A DNA stretch of 64,000 nucleotides from a virus. This document shows, in pieces, positions 7,842 through 17,276 of this stretch. The position numbers and the translations under genes were made by a program. The stretch lies in the IMG/VR virus record IMGVR_UViG_3300042469_000981; one strand, given 5' to 3'. The notes under the pieces were generated by a model that did no database searches, had not been told where the DNA came from, and saw only the letters and a program-made list of their open reading frames with translations. How positions within the stretch are numbered: position 1 is the first letter of the stretch; each line of letters starts with the position of its first letter.

Positions 7842-10332
7842 TTTTAATATTATCCTCCCAATTACGTAATATAATACCCCCTATTTCAATTGCTTCTCTT
7901 TCAATTTTATCTAAATGACCATCTTCACTAGTATTGGTAGTATTAATATTACCTAATCTACCTTCTAAATTTTGCATATGATGCACCATTTCATGAGAAA
8001 AAGAACGTAAAACATCTTTTGGGTGTCTATTCATAGTGAATAAAGTTATAGACTTATCAGCCGGATTGTAATAAGCTGTTTTACCCAAAAGATTGGATGC
8101 ATTTTCTTTATCATCCTTTATAACCTTAATTTTAGGCAATGGTTTAATATTCATTCCATTGTCCATCATATACTTAGTTAAAGATAACATCCCATCTTGG
8201 AGATTCCAATCTTCTTCAAAAGCTTCTTTAACAAAAGTTTCAACTAATTTATTTAAACCAAACAAATCTTCTTTTACAGGAGCAAAACCAGAACCATAAG
8301 GTAAAGCTGTTCCTGCTTGTGGATTTGATGCTTCTTTAATTGGAGGTAAGTTTAATGCTTTTAATCTTTTAGTCCATAAGTTAAGAACATCTTGTTTATC
8401 TTCACCTTCTAAACCTACTTTTTCAAAATAATCACTAATAATATCTTTAAAAGGTGTTTTAGATTTTTTAGCTTTTAAGTACATGCCTTGTAACATAGCA
8501 TCTACTTCTTTTTCTAATTTAAAGTATTCGGCTTGAGGCAATAAACCCCAATTAATCATTTGTCTGATAGACTGGTCATTAGCCATTTCTTTAGAAGAAA
8601 TAACATTTGTTCCTGACTGAGTTAAGTGTTCTATTTCATGTCTAACAACGTCTATTAAGTCATTATATATAGTAGACCACATTTTAGGTAAATTCCGTGG
8701 GTCAACCTGGAATGTAACTTCTAAGTATGGAGGATCTAATTCCTCATTAGCACCACCATCTACAATGTATGTTTTATCTTCTGTTTCTTCTAACTTTAAA
8801 ACAGCTAAAAGTTCAAAGTCAATGGGTTGGCCTTTAGAATTTTCTAACTCATAGTCTTCCTCAAATCTTAACTCACCTTCTTTACCATTAAATTGACTTT
8901 TCCAACTATCCATTATGTCTTTAACTACTAATCTAGTTATAGAATCATAACGACCTTCATTAAGTGTTTCTTTATCAGGTAAAATAGCTGTTATAAAGTT
9001 TGAGTTTTTTTCAAACCTCACACCTGGTATTGCTTTAGAAATAAATACTCTGTATAAATTATCTCTTTGAGAACCAAAATCTTCCTCATCTGATTTTTTA
9101 GAAGGTGAATAGGAAATAGCTTTGGCTTTAAATTTCTTTGCATAATATTTAACTATGTCTGTTATAGTGGCCATTACTCTATAAAGTTCACCTTTATTGA
9201 CTATTATTTTAGCAGATGAACCTTGAGCGTCTTTAGGTTTAGCTAAAAACTCGATTTCTAAAGCTTTGTAATTATTTAAATCATTATCAAAATAAGGAAC
9301 AGTTGCTATATCTACACTATATTCAGTCTCACTCTCTGTTGTAAACTCAACATAAGTAACCCAACCATCTACATCAACCTCTTTCCATTTGTATGGTTTA
9401 AGATTTGCCTCGCCTACCTCAAACACTAATTTAGGACTTGAAGACATAAAATTATCTTTCCTCATAATAGTTTTAGCTATCGCTTTATTAGTCATGTTAA
9501 GGAAAGGAATGTTTAAGTCTGTTCTTTTATCTGTAGCAACAATCTCTTTATATTTTTTAAAGAAATCAAAAAATTCTTTTTTGTTTTGACCTAATCTTTT
9601 AAAGAAACCAATTAATTGAGCTAAAGTAACATCTGAGTCTCTACCTGTTAGTCTATCAAAAACATGTTTTGAGGTTAAATCAACATCAATAGGGGCTAAT
9701 TGTTTGTCAGCAAAAGCATCTGCTTGTTTTATTTGGTCAGGAGTAATTTCTTCTTTAACTAAGGGATAAATAATATCCCATATTTGTTCTTTTTCTTCAA
9801 TATCTGGAATGAATTGGAAGAATTGTTCTTTATCTCTTGCTTTAAGGGCTTGTCTTGTTTTAGTGCCACTAATACCACCTGTTGAGGTAATCACTTTAAC
9901 CTCAACATTTGTAACTTCAGGATATTTTTTTAATAAATTTTTTCTTTGCTCTACATCTTTTATATCCCCTTTATCACCATCTCTAGCACCTAAAAACCAA
10001 TATATTTTTTCTTCAGGATGTTTTTTAGCATAACGAATAACATCCATTGTTGGTTCTCCTTGTGGTGAAGGTTCAACATTGACTTTATCTGAGAGATAAT
10101 TTTTATAAATATCCCAAATCTGGATTGATTTGTCTTGAGTGATTCTGATTCCGTCTCTAATACCTTTCCCAACAAATATCTTTAACTCGTCTATTTCAGG
10201 AAAATCACTTAATATTTGTTTAGCAACAGTAAAGTGACCTTTGGTAGGAGGTTTAAAACCACCACCATAAATAGCTACTGTTTGAGGCTCATCTAACAGT
10301 TCCTTAAGAAGGAATTTAGTTAGTTCATTCAT
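7834..10332 (-). CDS. Multidomain protein: N-terminal HxGH cytidylyl/adenylyltransferase-like domain, two uncharacterised domains, two HEXXH zincin domains
   Basis: IYGGGFKPPTKGH and ISGTKTR; HVFDR; RHEIEH..EKEVDA; SHEMVH..EREA. Confidence 0.75.
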   Translation of the reverse strand: MNELTKFLLKELLDEPQTVAIYGGGFKPPTKGHFTVAKQILSDFPEIDELKIFVGKGIRDGIRITQDKSIQIWDIYKNYLSDKVNVEPSPQGEPTMDVIRYAKKHPEEKIYWFLGARDGDKGDIKDVEQRKNLLKKYPEVTNVEVKVITSTGGISGTKTRQALKARDKEQFFQFIPDIEEKEQIWDIIYPLVKEEITPDQIKQADAFADKQLAPIDVDLTSKHVFDRLTGRDSDVTLAQLIGFFKRLGQNKKEFFDFFKKYKEIVATDKRTDLNIPFLNMTNKAIAKTIMRKDNFMSSSPKLVFEVGEANLKPYKWKEVDVDGWVTYVEFTTESETEYSVDIATVPYFDNDLNNYKALEIEFLAKPKDAQGSSAKIIVNKGELYRVMATITDIVKYYAKKFKAKAISYSPSKKSDEEDFGSQRDNLYRVFISKAIPGVRFEKNSNFITAILPDKETLNEGRYDSITRLVVKDIMDSWKSQFNGKEGELRFEEDYELENSKGQPIDFELLAVLKLEETEDKTYIVDGGANEELDPPYLEVTFQVDPRNLPKMWSTIYNDLIDVVRHEIEHLTQSGTNVISSKEMANDQSIRQMINWGLLPQAEYFKLEKEVDAMLQGMYLKAKKSKTPFKDIISDYFEKVGLEGEDKQDVLNLWTKRLKALNLPPIKEASNPQAGTALPYGSGFAPVKEDLFGLNKLVETFVKEAFEEDWNLQDGMLSLTKYMMDNGMNIKPLPKIKVIKDDKENASNLLGKTAYYNPADKSITLFTMNRHPKDVLRSFSHEMVHHMQNLEGRLGNINTTNTSEDGHLDKIEREAIEIGGIILRNWEDNIKNV

Positions 10333-10721
10333 TATTGCTTAAGTTTTTGAATTCTTTCTTTAGCAGTTGCTTTTTTCTTTTCAATTTCTTCTTTAGCTGA
10401 GCGAAAATCTTCCATAGCCTCTTCCATTTCTTTAAGATTAGTTTCATATGCTTTAATAGCTTCAGTAGCTGCTCTACGAGCATCTGATTTTTGCTTGTAA
10501 ATGCCTAGAACACTTTTTTCATCTAGACCACCTCTAACTTGGTTAGCAAAGTAAGTCACAGTTGATTCAAATACTAAATCTTCAATAGTATCACCTTTTG
10601 ATTTAGGTTTTTCAACTACAAAGAATTTACCAATTTCATCTACCATATTAGTTTCAGCTTCATCAATTGAGGTCATTTGTTTTTCTTCTATTTCATTTAA
10701 TAGATCTAGTAATGTTTTCAT
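10332..10721 (-). CDS. Hypothetical protein with C-terminal coiled coil
   Basis: 129 aa; leader MKTLLDLLNE. Confidence 0.7.
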   Translation of the reverse strand: MKTLLDLLNEIEEKQMTSIDEAETNMVDEIGKFFVVEKPKSKGDTIEDLVFESTVTYFANQVRGGLDEKSVLGIYKQKSDARRAATEAIKAYETNLKEMEEAMEDFRSAKEEIEKKKATAKERIQKLKQ

Positions 10722-11542
10722 TTGTTTATAAAGTTAGTGATTTTTGTTTTTGCTTGTTCTTTTGATACTGATGTATTTATAATGTTGTTTATTTCTTCCG
10801 AATTTAAAAATTCTTCCATTTGTCGGTTTAACTCTTTATTTAGTTTTTCAACTTTAGCTTGTTCCTTTTCTGTTTTAGGTTTAGCATCCGCAGGCTTAAA
10901 TGGGTCAATATATTTTTGAAATATTTTTTCTATATCTTTTAATGTTTCATCTTTACCAGTGTTAGCAACAGATATAAAATTATCTCCAAATAATTGCTTA
11001 TATTCATCAAAATTTTTATAAACTTGCAACCAAGTTCTATAAACAGCTGAAGGCATTAGACTTCTATCTTTACCACCTGATTTTTCAAAACGTTTTTCGT
11101 TTCTGTCTAGAGCTGTCTCTAAATCAGTATAAACAAAAAGCATCATAACATCATAACCATTATCTATTAATTGATTATATAATGTTTTAGTTTGGTTATA
11201 TGATGCTGAAGTGCCATCTAATATGAATGATTCTTTATTTTCTATGGTTTGCGGTATATCTCCTTTTATTTTTTTCTTTACATCACCCCCTAGTTTTTCT
11301 CTTGCTGTGTACATAGCAGACATAAACTTACTTCTATTTTCAGCGTCAGCTGCTTTTTGGTTTAGAGTAAAACCATCCTGCTTTGATAAAGCAGCTATTG
11401 TGTCATCTATATTTAGAATTTTAAACTTAGATAAGTCTAACTCTCTTGTGACTGATCCTTTACCAGCCCCGGGTGAGCCAGCCAAAATTATAGCTTTTGG
11501 CTTGCTTTGTACTTCTTTTAAGAGTGATATCAGTCCAATCAT
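10718..11542 (-). CDS. P-loop kinase (zeta-toxin/AAA_33-like)
   Basis: Walker A AGSPGAGKG; FILDGT; ALDRNEKR lid-like segment. Confidence 0.8.
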   Translation of the reverse strand: MIGLISLLKEVQSKPKAIILAGSPGAGKGSVTRELDLSKFKILNIDDTIAALSKQDGFTLNQKAADAENRSKFMSAMYTAREKLGGDVKKKIKGDIPQTIENKESFILDGTSASYNQTKTLYNQLIDNGYDVMMLFVYTDLETALDRNEKRFEKSGGKDRSLMPSAVYRTWLQVYKNFDEYKQLFGDNFISVANTGKDETLKDIEKIFQKYIDPFKPADAKPKTEKEQAKVEKLNKELNRQMEEFLNSEEINNIINTSVSKEQAKTKITNFINK

Positions 11543-11557
11543 GGATACGGTTTGCCA

Positions 11558-11588
11558 TAAATATAATAAAAAAGGCTTGGATAACCAA
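11558..11588 (-). promoter_or_regulatory. Class I promoter
   Basis: TTGG-N19-TATATTTA. Confidence 0.75.
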
Positions 11589-11591
11589 GCC
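11567..11591 (-). terminator. Intrinsic terminator overlapping a promoter
   Basis: Minus strand GGCTTGGT-TAT-ACCAAGCC-TTTTTT. Confidence 0.8.
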
Positions 11592-11631
11592 CTTTCTTTT
11601 AAAGATTTTTTATTATATGTTGTATAAAAAA

Positions 11632-12279
11632 TTAATTAAGTTCTAATTGTTTAATAAGAGATTGTACTTCAGGTTTTTTAAATAACTCTTGAGCTACTTT
11701 ATTTCCTTCATCTGCTTTTTTCTTTAAATATTTTAAATAATTTTCTTTTTGTTCTTCTGTGTATTCAAAATTTTTATCCTTTTGACGACCTGTTTTAAAT
11801 CCAAGAGGTCCTTTGTATCCCTTCATTCCAGGTTCATCAAACAATTCACTACTGTTTGAACTATAATCCTCTATGTCTGGTTGGATAATATCCATGTCTA
11901 TAATATCAAATATATCATCACCTTCTTGTACTTCATTAATAGAAGATGGATTTTTGATTTGATAGTTTTCAGGGTCATTGGTTATTAAGTATACCAATTG
12001 TTTACCAGTATAATCCCCATCAATCCTTACCCTTTCATCATTTATTTTAGAAATAACTACAAAATTATCTTTAGTAACACCATCATCAGCAGATAGAGCT
12101 AATAATTCTGGAAATTCAGTGTCTGGAATATCATTATCATCATTTGAAGCTAGTACGTAATCCCCTTCAAATTTGTCCCCTTGTTTAAGCTCAGTTAATT
12201 GTTTAAATTGACTTTCAGTAATTAAACCAGCTAATTTTTGCATACGCTTAAATTCTTCAGATATAATTTGTTTTTTCAT
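11632..12279 (-). CDS. Acidic hypothetical protein with RMQKLAGLITE leader motif
   Basis: 215 aa ORF. Confidence 0.7.
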   Translation of the reverse strand: MKKQIISEEFKRMQKLAGLITESQFKQLTELKQGDKFEGDYVLASNDDNDIPDTEFPELLALSADDGVTKDNFVVISKINDERVRIDGDYTGKQLVYLITNDPENYQIKNPSSINEVQEGDDIFDIIDMDIIQPDIEDYSSNSSELFDEPGMKGYKGPLGFKTGRQKDKNFEYTEEQKENYLKYLKKKADEGNKVAQELFKKPEVQSLIKQLELN

Positions 12280-12295
12280 GATTATTAATATGTCA

Positions 12296-12326
12296 TAAAT
12301 ATAATAAAAATAAATTAGGATTCCAA
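12296..12326 (-). promoter_or_regulatory. Class I promoter
   Basis: TTGG-N19-TATATTTA. Confidence 0.7.
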
Positions 12327-13088
12327 ATTCCGCTTTACTGTAGTCTTAAATTCAGTAAATACAGGAGCGTGAGTTGGGTTTTCTAAATCAAATAAACGTT
12401 TTACTGTTTTAAAGATATCAATGTTTTCCTCTTGTGTTCTAGTAGATGTAACCATTTCCCATCCTTTACCCTGCATTTTTTCTTTATTGGTTTTACGTTT
12501 AGATGATTTTAACCAAAGGATACCATAGTTATCTACTTTTTTACCATAACATTCCTCATAACACTTACCATAAACTGCTGTCTGTAGTTCATAAGTAGGC
12601 TGGATATGGTTTGATGTTTTAAAATCAATTAACCAAAGTTTATCTTCAATTTCAACAATCAAGTCACAAGTACCTGCTACCTTTAGTTCATCTGAAAATA
12701 AGTGTACTTCGGCCTCGATTAATTTAGGATTATATGTTTCCCAAAAATCAACAAAACGTAAGAACATTTGCCATACATCAGGACTGTATTGAGGATTACC
12801 ATATTGGTTCATAAAGTTCATTTCTTTACCCTCAAGGTATTCTTCAATCATTTCGTGAACTTGAGTTCCTTCCTCACCTGCTTTTTTAACAATATGTTCA
12901 GCAGAGTAACCTACTTTTTTAAGCCAGTCTTCAAAAAACTTACCTTTAGGATAATAACCTAAAACATAAGTAATTGAGGGATAGTATTCACCATTTCGTC
13001 TGTAATAACGAGAGTCTGGTAATGTTATTTGTTTAGCATCATCTGATACTTCTAAGATTCTATTGTAAGATTTTTTTATTTTACTCAT
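12315..13088 (-). CDS. PD-(D/E)xK exonuclease
   Basis: EGTQVHEMIE; AGTCDL; LIDFKTS; LQTAVY. Confidence 0.85.
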   Translation of the reverse strand: MSKIKKSYNRILEVSDDAKQITLPDSRYYRRNGEYYPSITYVLGYYPKGKFFEDWLKKVGYSAEHIVKKAGEEGTQVHEMIEEYLEGKEMNFMNQYGNPQYSPDVWQMFLRFVDFWETYNPKLIEAEVHLFSDELKVAGTCDLIVEIEDKLWLIDFKTSNHIQPTYELQTAVYGKCYEECYGKKVDNYGILWLKSSKRKTNKEKMQGKGWEMVTSTRTQEENIDIFKTVKRLFDLENPTHAPVFTEFKTTVKRNLES

Positions 13089-14014
13089 AAGAAGAGTTTT
13101 TTCTCAAGTAAACCTGAGAGGGTTAAGGGATAAGTTTCTGTAATTGTATCTATAAAAGTTTTAAAACCCATTTCACTTGGGTCCTTATCTTGCATATCTA
13201 CAAGGTATACTTCTTTACCCTCATTCATAAGCTGCTCACAAAACGATAAGGCTTGTTTTTGAGCATCTTTATCAAGGGCAATATATATTTTATCAACAGA
13301 AGATTTAACAATCTTCCTCATTAGTTTAGACTGTATATTTTTGCCTAATAACGGTATAACATTTCTTTTAATAGCGATGGCGTCAAATGGTCCTTCGCAT
13401 AATATAAACGGTAAATCCCAATTAATAAACAACTCAAATGGTATGATGTCGCGTGAGACAGATGGATTCTTATATTTTACTTTAGCCTCTTTTTCAAATG
13501 AACGACCTGTAAAATAATTCAATATTCCATTTTCATCATATGAAGGAATGATAACCATATTTTTATATGGTCCTGACTCGCAATAACCAATATTATATTT
13601 AAGTATATCCTCTTCACTTATATTTCTAGATTTTATATAAGTTAAAGCATGTCTACCAATAATATCTGATTTATGGATATTAAGTAATGGTTTAAATTCT
13701 TTAGGTAAGTTAAGTTTTTCTGTTGTTACTGTTTCTTTATCTGCTGTTTCTGTCTTAACAATAGACCTTAACTCTAAAGATGCTTCAGGTGATGCTTTAA
13801 CTTGTTTAAATAATTGGTGGATTTTTTTACCACGTCTATCACATACCCAACAATGCCAAGGATTTTCACCTTTTTTATTTTCAGTCATGTTAACTTCTAA
13901 CTTTGGCTTATGGTGATTACAAAACGGACAGTGATAGGCAAAGTTTCCTTTCGATGTCTGTTTACCAGTTCCTAATACAGAGTTAACTAAGGCAATCAGT
14001 GGTTGATTGAGCAT
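13085..14014 (-). CDS. DNA primase (zinc finger + TOPRIM)
   Basis: HCPFC...HCWVC; LCEGPFDA; IALDKDA. Confidence 0.85.
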   Translation of the reverse strand: MLNQPLIALVNSVLGTGKQTSKGNFAYHCPFCNHHKPKLEVNMTENKKGENPWHCWVCDRRGKKIHQLFKQVKASPEASLELRSIVKTETADKETVTTEKLNLPKEFKPLLNIHKSDIIGRHALTYIKSRNISEEDILKYNIGYCESGPYKNMVIIPSYDENGILNYFTGRSFEKEAKVKYKNPSVSRDIIPFELFINWDLPFILCEGPFDAIAIKRNVIPLLGKNIQSKLMRKIVKSSVDKIYIALDKDAQKQALSFCEQLMNEGKEVYLVDMQDKDPSEMGFKTFIDTITETYPLTLSGLLEKKLFL

Positions 14015-14018
14015 AACC

Positions 14019-14049
14019 GTAATGTAATAAGAATTACTTAGATTACCAA
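14019..14049 (-). promoter_or_regulatory. Class I promoter variant (primase)
   Basis: TTGG-N19-TACATTAC. Confidence 0.55.
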
Positions 14050-14050
14050 G

Positions 14051-14491
14051 TTAAGCGAAGTCTTTAGTAAAGAACTTTCCTAAAATATTATCATTAAAAT
14101 ATTCTAGAGGGTGTTCTAATACCCCATATTTAAATAAGTACTTACATTCATAGTAAGTAAGAAGTTTTTTATTAGGAACCAATTGTAGAATTTCACGGGT
14201 AAATTCCTCTTGTTTACCTCCTTTTATAAGTTCCATAATTGGTTTAGCAGATCCATAATAGGTTTTCCAGTCTGATTCCTTTACTACCACCCGAGTGGCT
14301 GACTTCCTGCCTGGACCTGTCTGTTCTGCTAGTTCCTTTTTTGTTAGTTTTTTCTTTATATTGTGAAATAATGATTTCTTACCAATATATGATATCCCAC
14401 TTGGTTGATGAGTTACAATGTAAACAAAACCAAAGGTGTTTTGAGGCATATCCTCAAGTGAATTTATAACTTTTTCTTTGTATAACCACAT
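14051..14491 (-). CDS. GIY-YIG family nuclease (endonuclease II/Seg-like)
   Basis: GFVYIV...SYIGKK; DWKTYYGS; REIL; YFNDNI. Confidence 0.7.
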   Translation of the reverse strand: MWLYKEKVINSLEDMPQNTFGFVYIVTHQPSGISYIGKKSLFHNIKKKLTKKELAEQTGPGRKSATRVVVKESDWKTYYGSAKPIMELIKGGKQEEFTREILQLVPNKKLLTYYECKYLFKYGVLEHPLEYFNDNILGKFFTKDFA

Positions 14492-14493
14492 AA

Positions 14494-15516
14494 TTATCTA
14501 TCTATATTAACTAATATTGTTGTGTCTGTTGTTGGTGATAAAGGTAATGGTTGTGCTAATTTCCCTATAGCTAACAACTGTTGTTGTTCATTATACAAAC
14601 CTATTGTTGTTACATAAGGCTGGAAATAAGAACTAGTAGCCCAACTGTATAAATTTTCTGCTGGTGTATAAAAAGTTCCTACAGAACTTGAATTAGCTGT
14701 ACTACCAGAAGTTAATGTTGGGTTTTGACTAAAATTAAATTCATTTTCTCTAGCCGTACATTTATATTGAGTTTCATAAATTGTAAGTGAGGATGAAAAT
14801 GAACAAGTTACATTAGATGAGGTAATAAAGTTACTTATCACTGTAGCATCTGATAATCCATACAATGCTGAGCCATAAATGGCAGTCCCATAAGTATCAC
14901 CTTGAGGTTGAGAATCACTAGTAATTACAGCAATGCCATGTCCATAAAATATATTACCACAAATTTGTTGTGATGAAGAAAATATTAAATTACCTTGTCC
15001 ATCATCATAAATAGAACCACTAGGAGCAATCCAATTAAATGAACCTGGTTGGATATAGTTTCCAAATAAACCTACAGGAATAGACATTACACCTATAGTT
15101 AAATTAGATTCTGTAGGAAAGTAATGAGCAAAAGTTAAATCAGTTTGAGGATAATTATAATATCTACCAGCTGATGAAGTAGATCCTACTAAAACATCTC
15201 CTGCAGGATCATATCCAGGTATAACATTCGCTGTGTTTGCTGGTGATCCATAACTAGCTGTAGTATTTAAGTAATTAGAATAATAAAGCTGCTCAATAGA
15301 GTTATAAACTAACCTTTGATATTGAGTAGTAATTTGTCCTGTTTGAGGATCAATATTAGGATCAAAAGAATAACTAATAATGTTAGTTCCTAAATACCTA
15401 TCAATACCAACAACAGAACTAGTTAACGCGGCTGCCCCCTCAAAATTAAACGCTTTGTTTAATTCAAGCGGAGTAATTATTATATCCGATGCTAGAAACT
15501 GTTTGAAGGTACCCAT
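14494..15516 (-). CDS. Putative baseplate/tail structural protein (paralog of the next gene)
   Basis: S/T/G-rich; C-terminal EFNFS.NP...VTTIGLYN...LLAIGKL. Confidence 0.6.
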   Translation of the reverse strand: MGTFKQFLASDIIITPLELNKAFNFEGAAALTSSVVGIDRYLGTNIISYSFDPNIDPQTGQITTQYQRLVYNSIEQLYYSNYLNTTASYGSPANTANVIPGYDPAGDVLVGSTSSAGRYYNYPQTDLTFAHYFPTESNLTIGVMSIPVGLFGNYIQPGSFNWIAPSGSIYDDGQGNLIFSSSQQICGNIFYGHGIAVITSDSQPQGDTYGTAIYGSALYGLSDATVISNFITSSNVTCSFSSSLTIYETQYKCTARENEFNFSQNPTLTSGSTANSSSVGTFYTPAENLYSWATSSYFQPYVTTIGLYNEQQQLLAIGKLAQPLPLSPTTDTTILVNIDR

Positions 15517-15521
15517 TCATT

Positions 15522-16568
15522 TTAGAAATCAAGTTTAACTCTTACAAGAGCTTCTTTGGTAAAATCTTTTAACAATGGTCGTGACAACTTAGCTACTGCC
15601 AATAATTCATTTGTATCATTATACAATCCAATAGTTGTAATGTATGTCTGAGGGTTATTGATAAACTGAGAGTATAATACTTCACCTGTTGAACCTGATA
15701 TAAATGATGGATTTTCTGAGTAGTTAAATTCTGAACTTCTAGGTCTTACAAACACATAGTCTGAAGTAATAGTTTCTTGAGAATTTAAAGTAAAGCTACT
15801 TGAACCACTAATTGCTCTAAATAACTGAGAATTAGCGTTAGTGTTAGAATTATATGTAGCTGATCCTGAAAAAGATGAACCACTATAAACAAATCCAATA
15901 CCTCCACTAGCTGTTGGAGCAGCTAAGGCTAAAGGATTTAAAATAATTGTTCCAATATCAGGTAATAACCAACCATAAGAACCAGAATTAAGAGAGAAAC
16001 CATCTGAAGTGGTGGTTGATCCTGTGTATCTAACACCTTGTGATCCTGAAATTAATTGGAAAACTCTACCAGCCTCATTAAATACAGTTGTAGTAACATA
16101 AGCACTATTATCAGTTAAGGTAATTGAACCAGATGCTGCTGTAGGACCTTTAATGGTTAATGATAAAGAACCTAAGAAAATAGCTTCTTTATAACATTGT
16201 CTTTCAATAGGTAAAGCAAAAAATTCAGATGAAGAAATAGCTCCAAATTGGAATAAAGTATTTTCATCACCAATAACTAAATCTTGCCACTGTCCAAAAA
16301 TGGTACTAGTTGGAGACAAACCATCAACAGCTGGATTGTAAACAGAACTTCCACTACCAAAATTATTTCCATAAGCAATAGCAAATTGAACAGAAGAAGT
16401 TGCAGCTGTATCAAAAACATTTACATAATAGTCTCCAGAACTACCATTCACTTGAACAGAAGAGGTATAAAAAGCGGTTAATGTAGGGAGATTTGTAGTC
16501 CATGCTGTTGCTGAAATAGCATCAGAACTAACTACAAAATCATCGGCTTCTAATCTTTTAAATGACAT
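15522..16568 (-). CDS. Putative baseplate/tail structural protein
   Basis: C-terminal EFNYSENP...ITTIGLYN...LLAVAKL. Confidence 0.6.
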   Translation of the reverse strand: MSFKRLEADDFVVSSDAISATAWTTNLPTLTAFYTSSVQVNGSSGDYYVNVFDTAATSSVQFAIAYGNNFGSGSSVYNPAVDGLSPTSTIFGQWQDLVIGDENTLFQFGAISSSEFFALPIERQCYKEAIFLGSLSLTIKGPTAASGSITLTDNSAYVTTTVFNEAGRVFQLISGSQGVRYTGSTTTSDGFSLNSGSYGWLLPDIGTIILNPLALAAPTASGGIGFVYSGSSFSGSATYNSNTNANSQLFRAISGSSSFTLNSQETITSDYVFVRPRSSEFNYSENPSFISGSTGEVLYSQFINNPQTYITTIGLYNDTNELLAVAKLSRPLLKDFTKEALVRVKLDF

Positions 16569-16579
16569 TTTTTATTTTA

Positions 16580-17239
16580 TTATGCTTTAGTTACAGTGAT
16601 AGGAATAGTTAAACGAGCGCCTGAATCTCTACCTACTACGGTTAGAGTGGCTTGTAAAGTATTATTAGTACCAAACAAATTATTTACAGTAGTTGCTCTC
16701 ATATTGATTGTTGTACCTACTACAGTTTTAGATACACTAGTACCAATTGTTGTTGTTTGGTTAGCGATATTCAAAGCATCTACAGCAGGTGTATTAACAC
16801 CTACACCTTCAAAAGTAGACATTAATCTAATATCAGAAATTGTTGCTGCATATCCTGATGGCTCATAAGTGTTAGCTCCTAAATAATTTAATGTTTGAGG
16901 AGTAAGTGTATAAATACCACTTTGAGGCATTATAATAGCAGAAGTATTTAAGTTAAGGATAGGCAATTTAGCAGTGCCACGAGGTAAAGTTACTAACTTA
17001 TATTTCATGGTTTGGTTAGCTTGAGGAAATGCCTCTAACAAAGGCATATTTTCAATAGCTTGACCATAATAAGCAGAACCTGAAGGATTATTTGGGTTAT
17101 AAAGGGTATAATCAATTTCATCATCTGCTAAAGCAAATTGAGTAATTTTAAATTGACCATTTTGTTGAGCTAGTAGTTGACGTCCTACATCTGTTAAAAT
17201 GGCGTCTACGGTTACTACTGTATTATTTAAATATCCCAT
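16580..17239 (-). CDS. Putative baseplate/tail-collar protein
   Basis: LTDVGRQLLA...ITQFALADD resembles tail-collar (DUF3751-like) N-termini. Confidence 0.55.
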   Translation of the reverse strand: MGYLNNTVVTVDAILTDVGRQLLAQQNGQFKITQFALADDEIDYTLYNPNNPSGSAYYGQAIENMPLLEAFPQANQTMKYKLVTLPRGTAKLPILNLNTSAIIMPQSGIYTLTPQTLNYLGANTYEPSGYAATISDIRLMSTFEGVGVNTPAVDALNIANQTTTIGTSVSKTVVGTTINMRATTVNNLFGTNNTLQATLTVVGRDSGARLTIPITVTKA

Positions 17240-17276
17240 TTGTTTATTTTATTATAAATATATATAAGTTTCGTTT

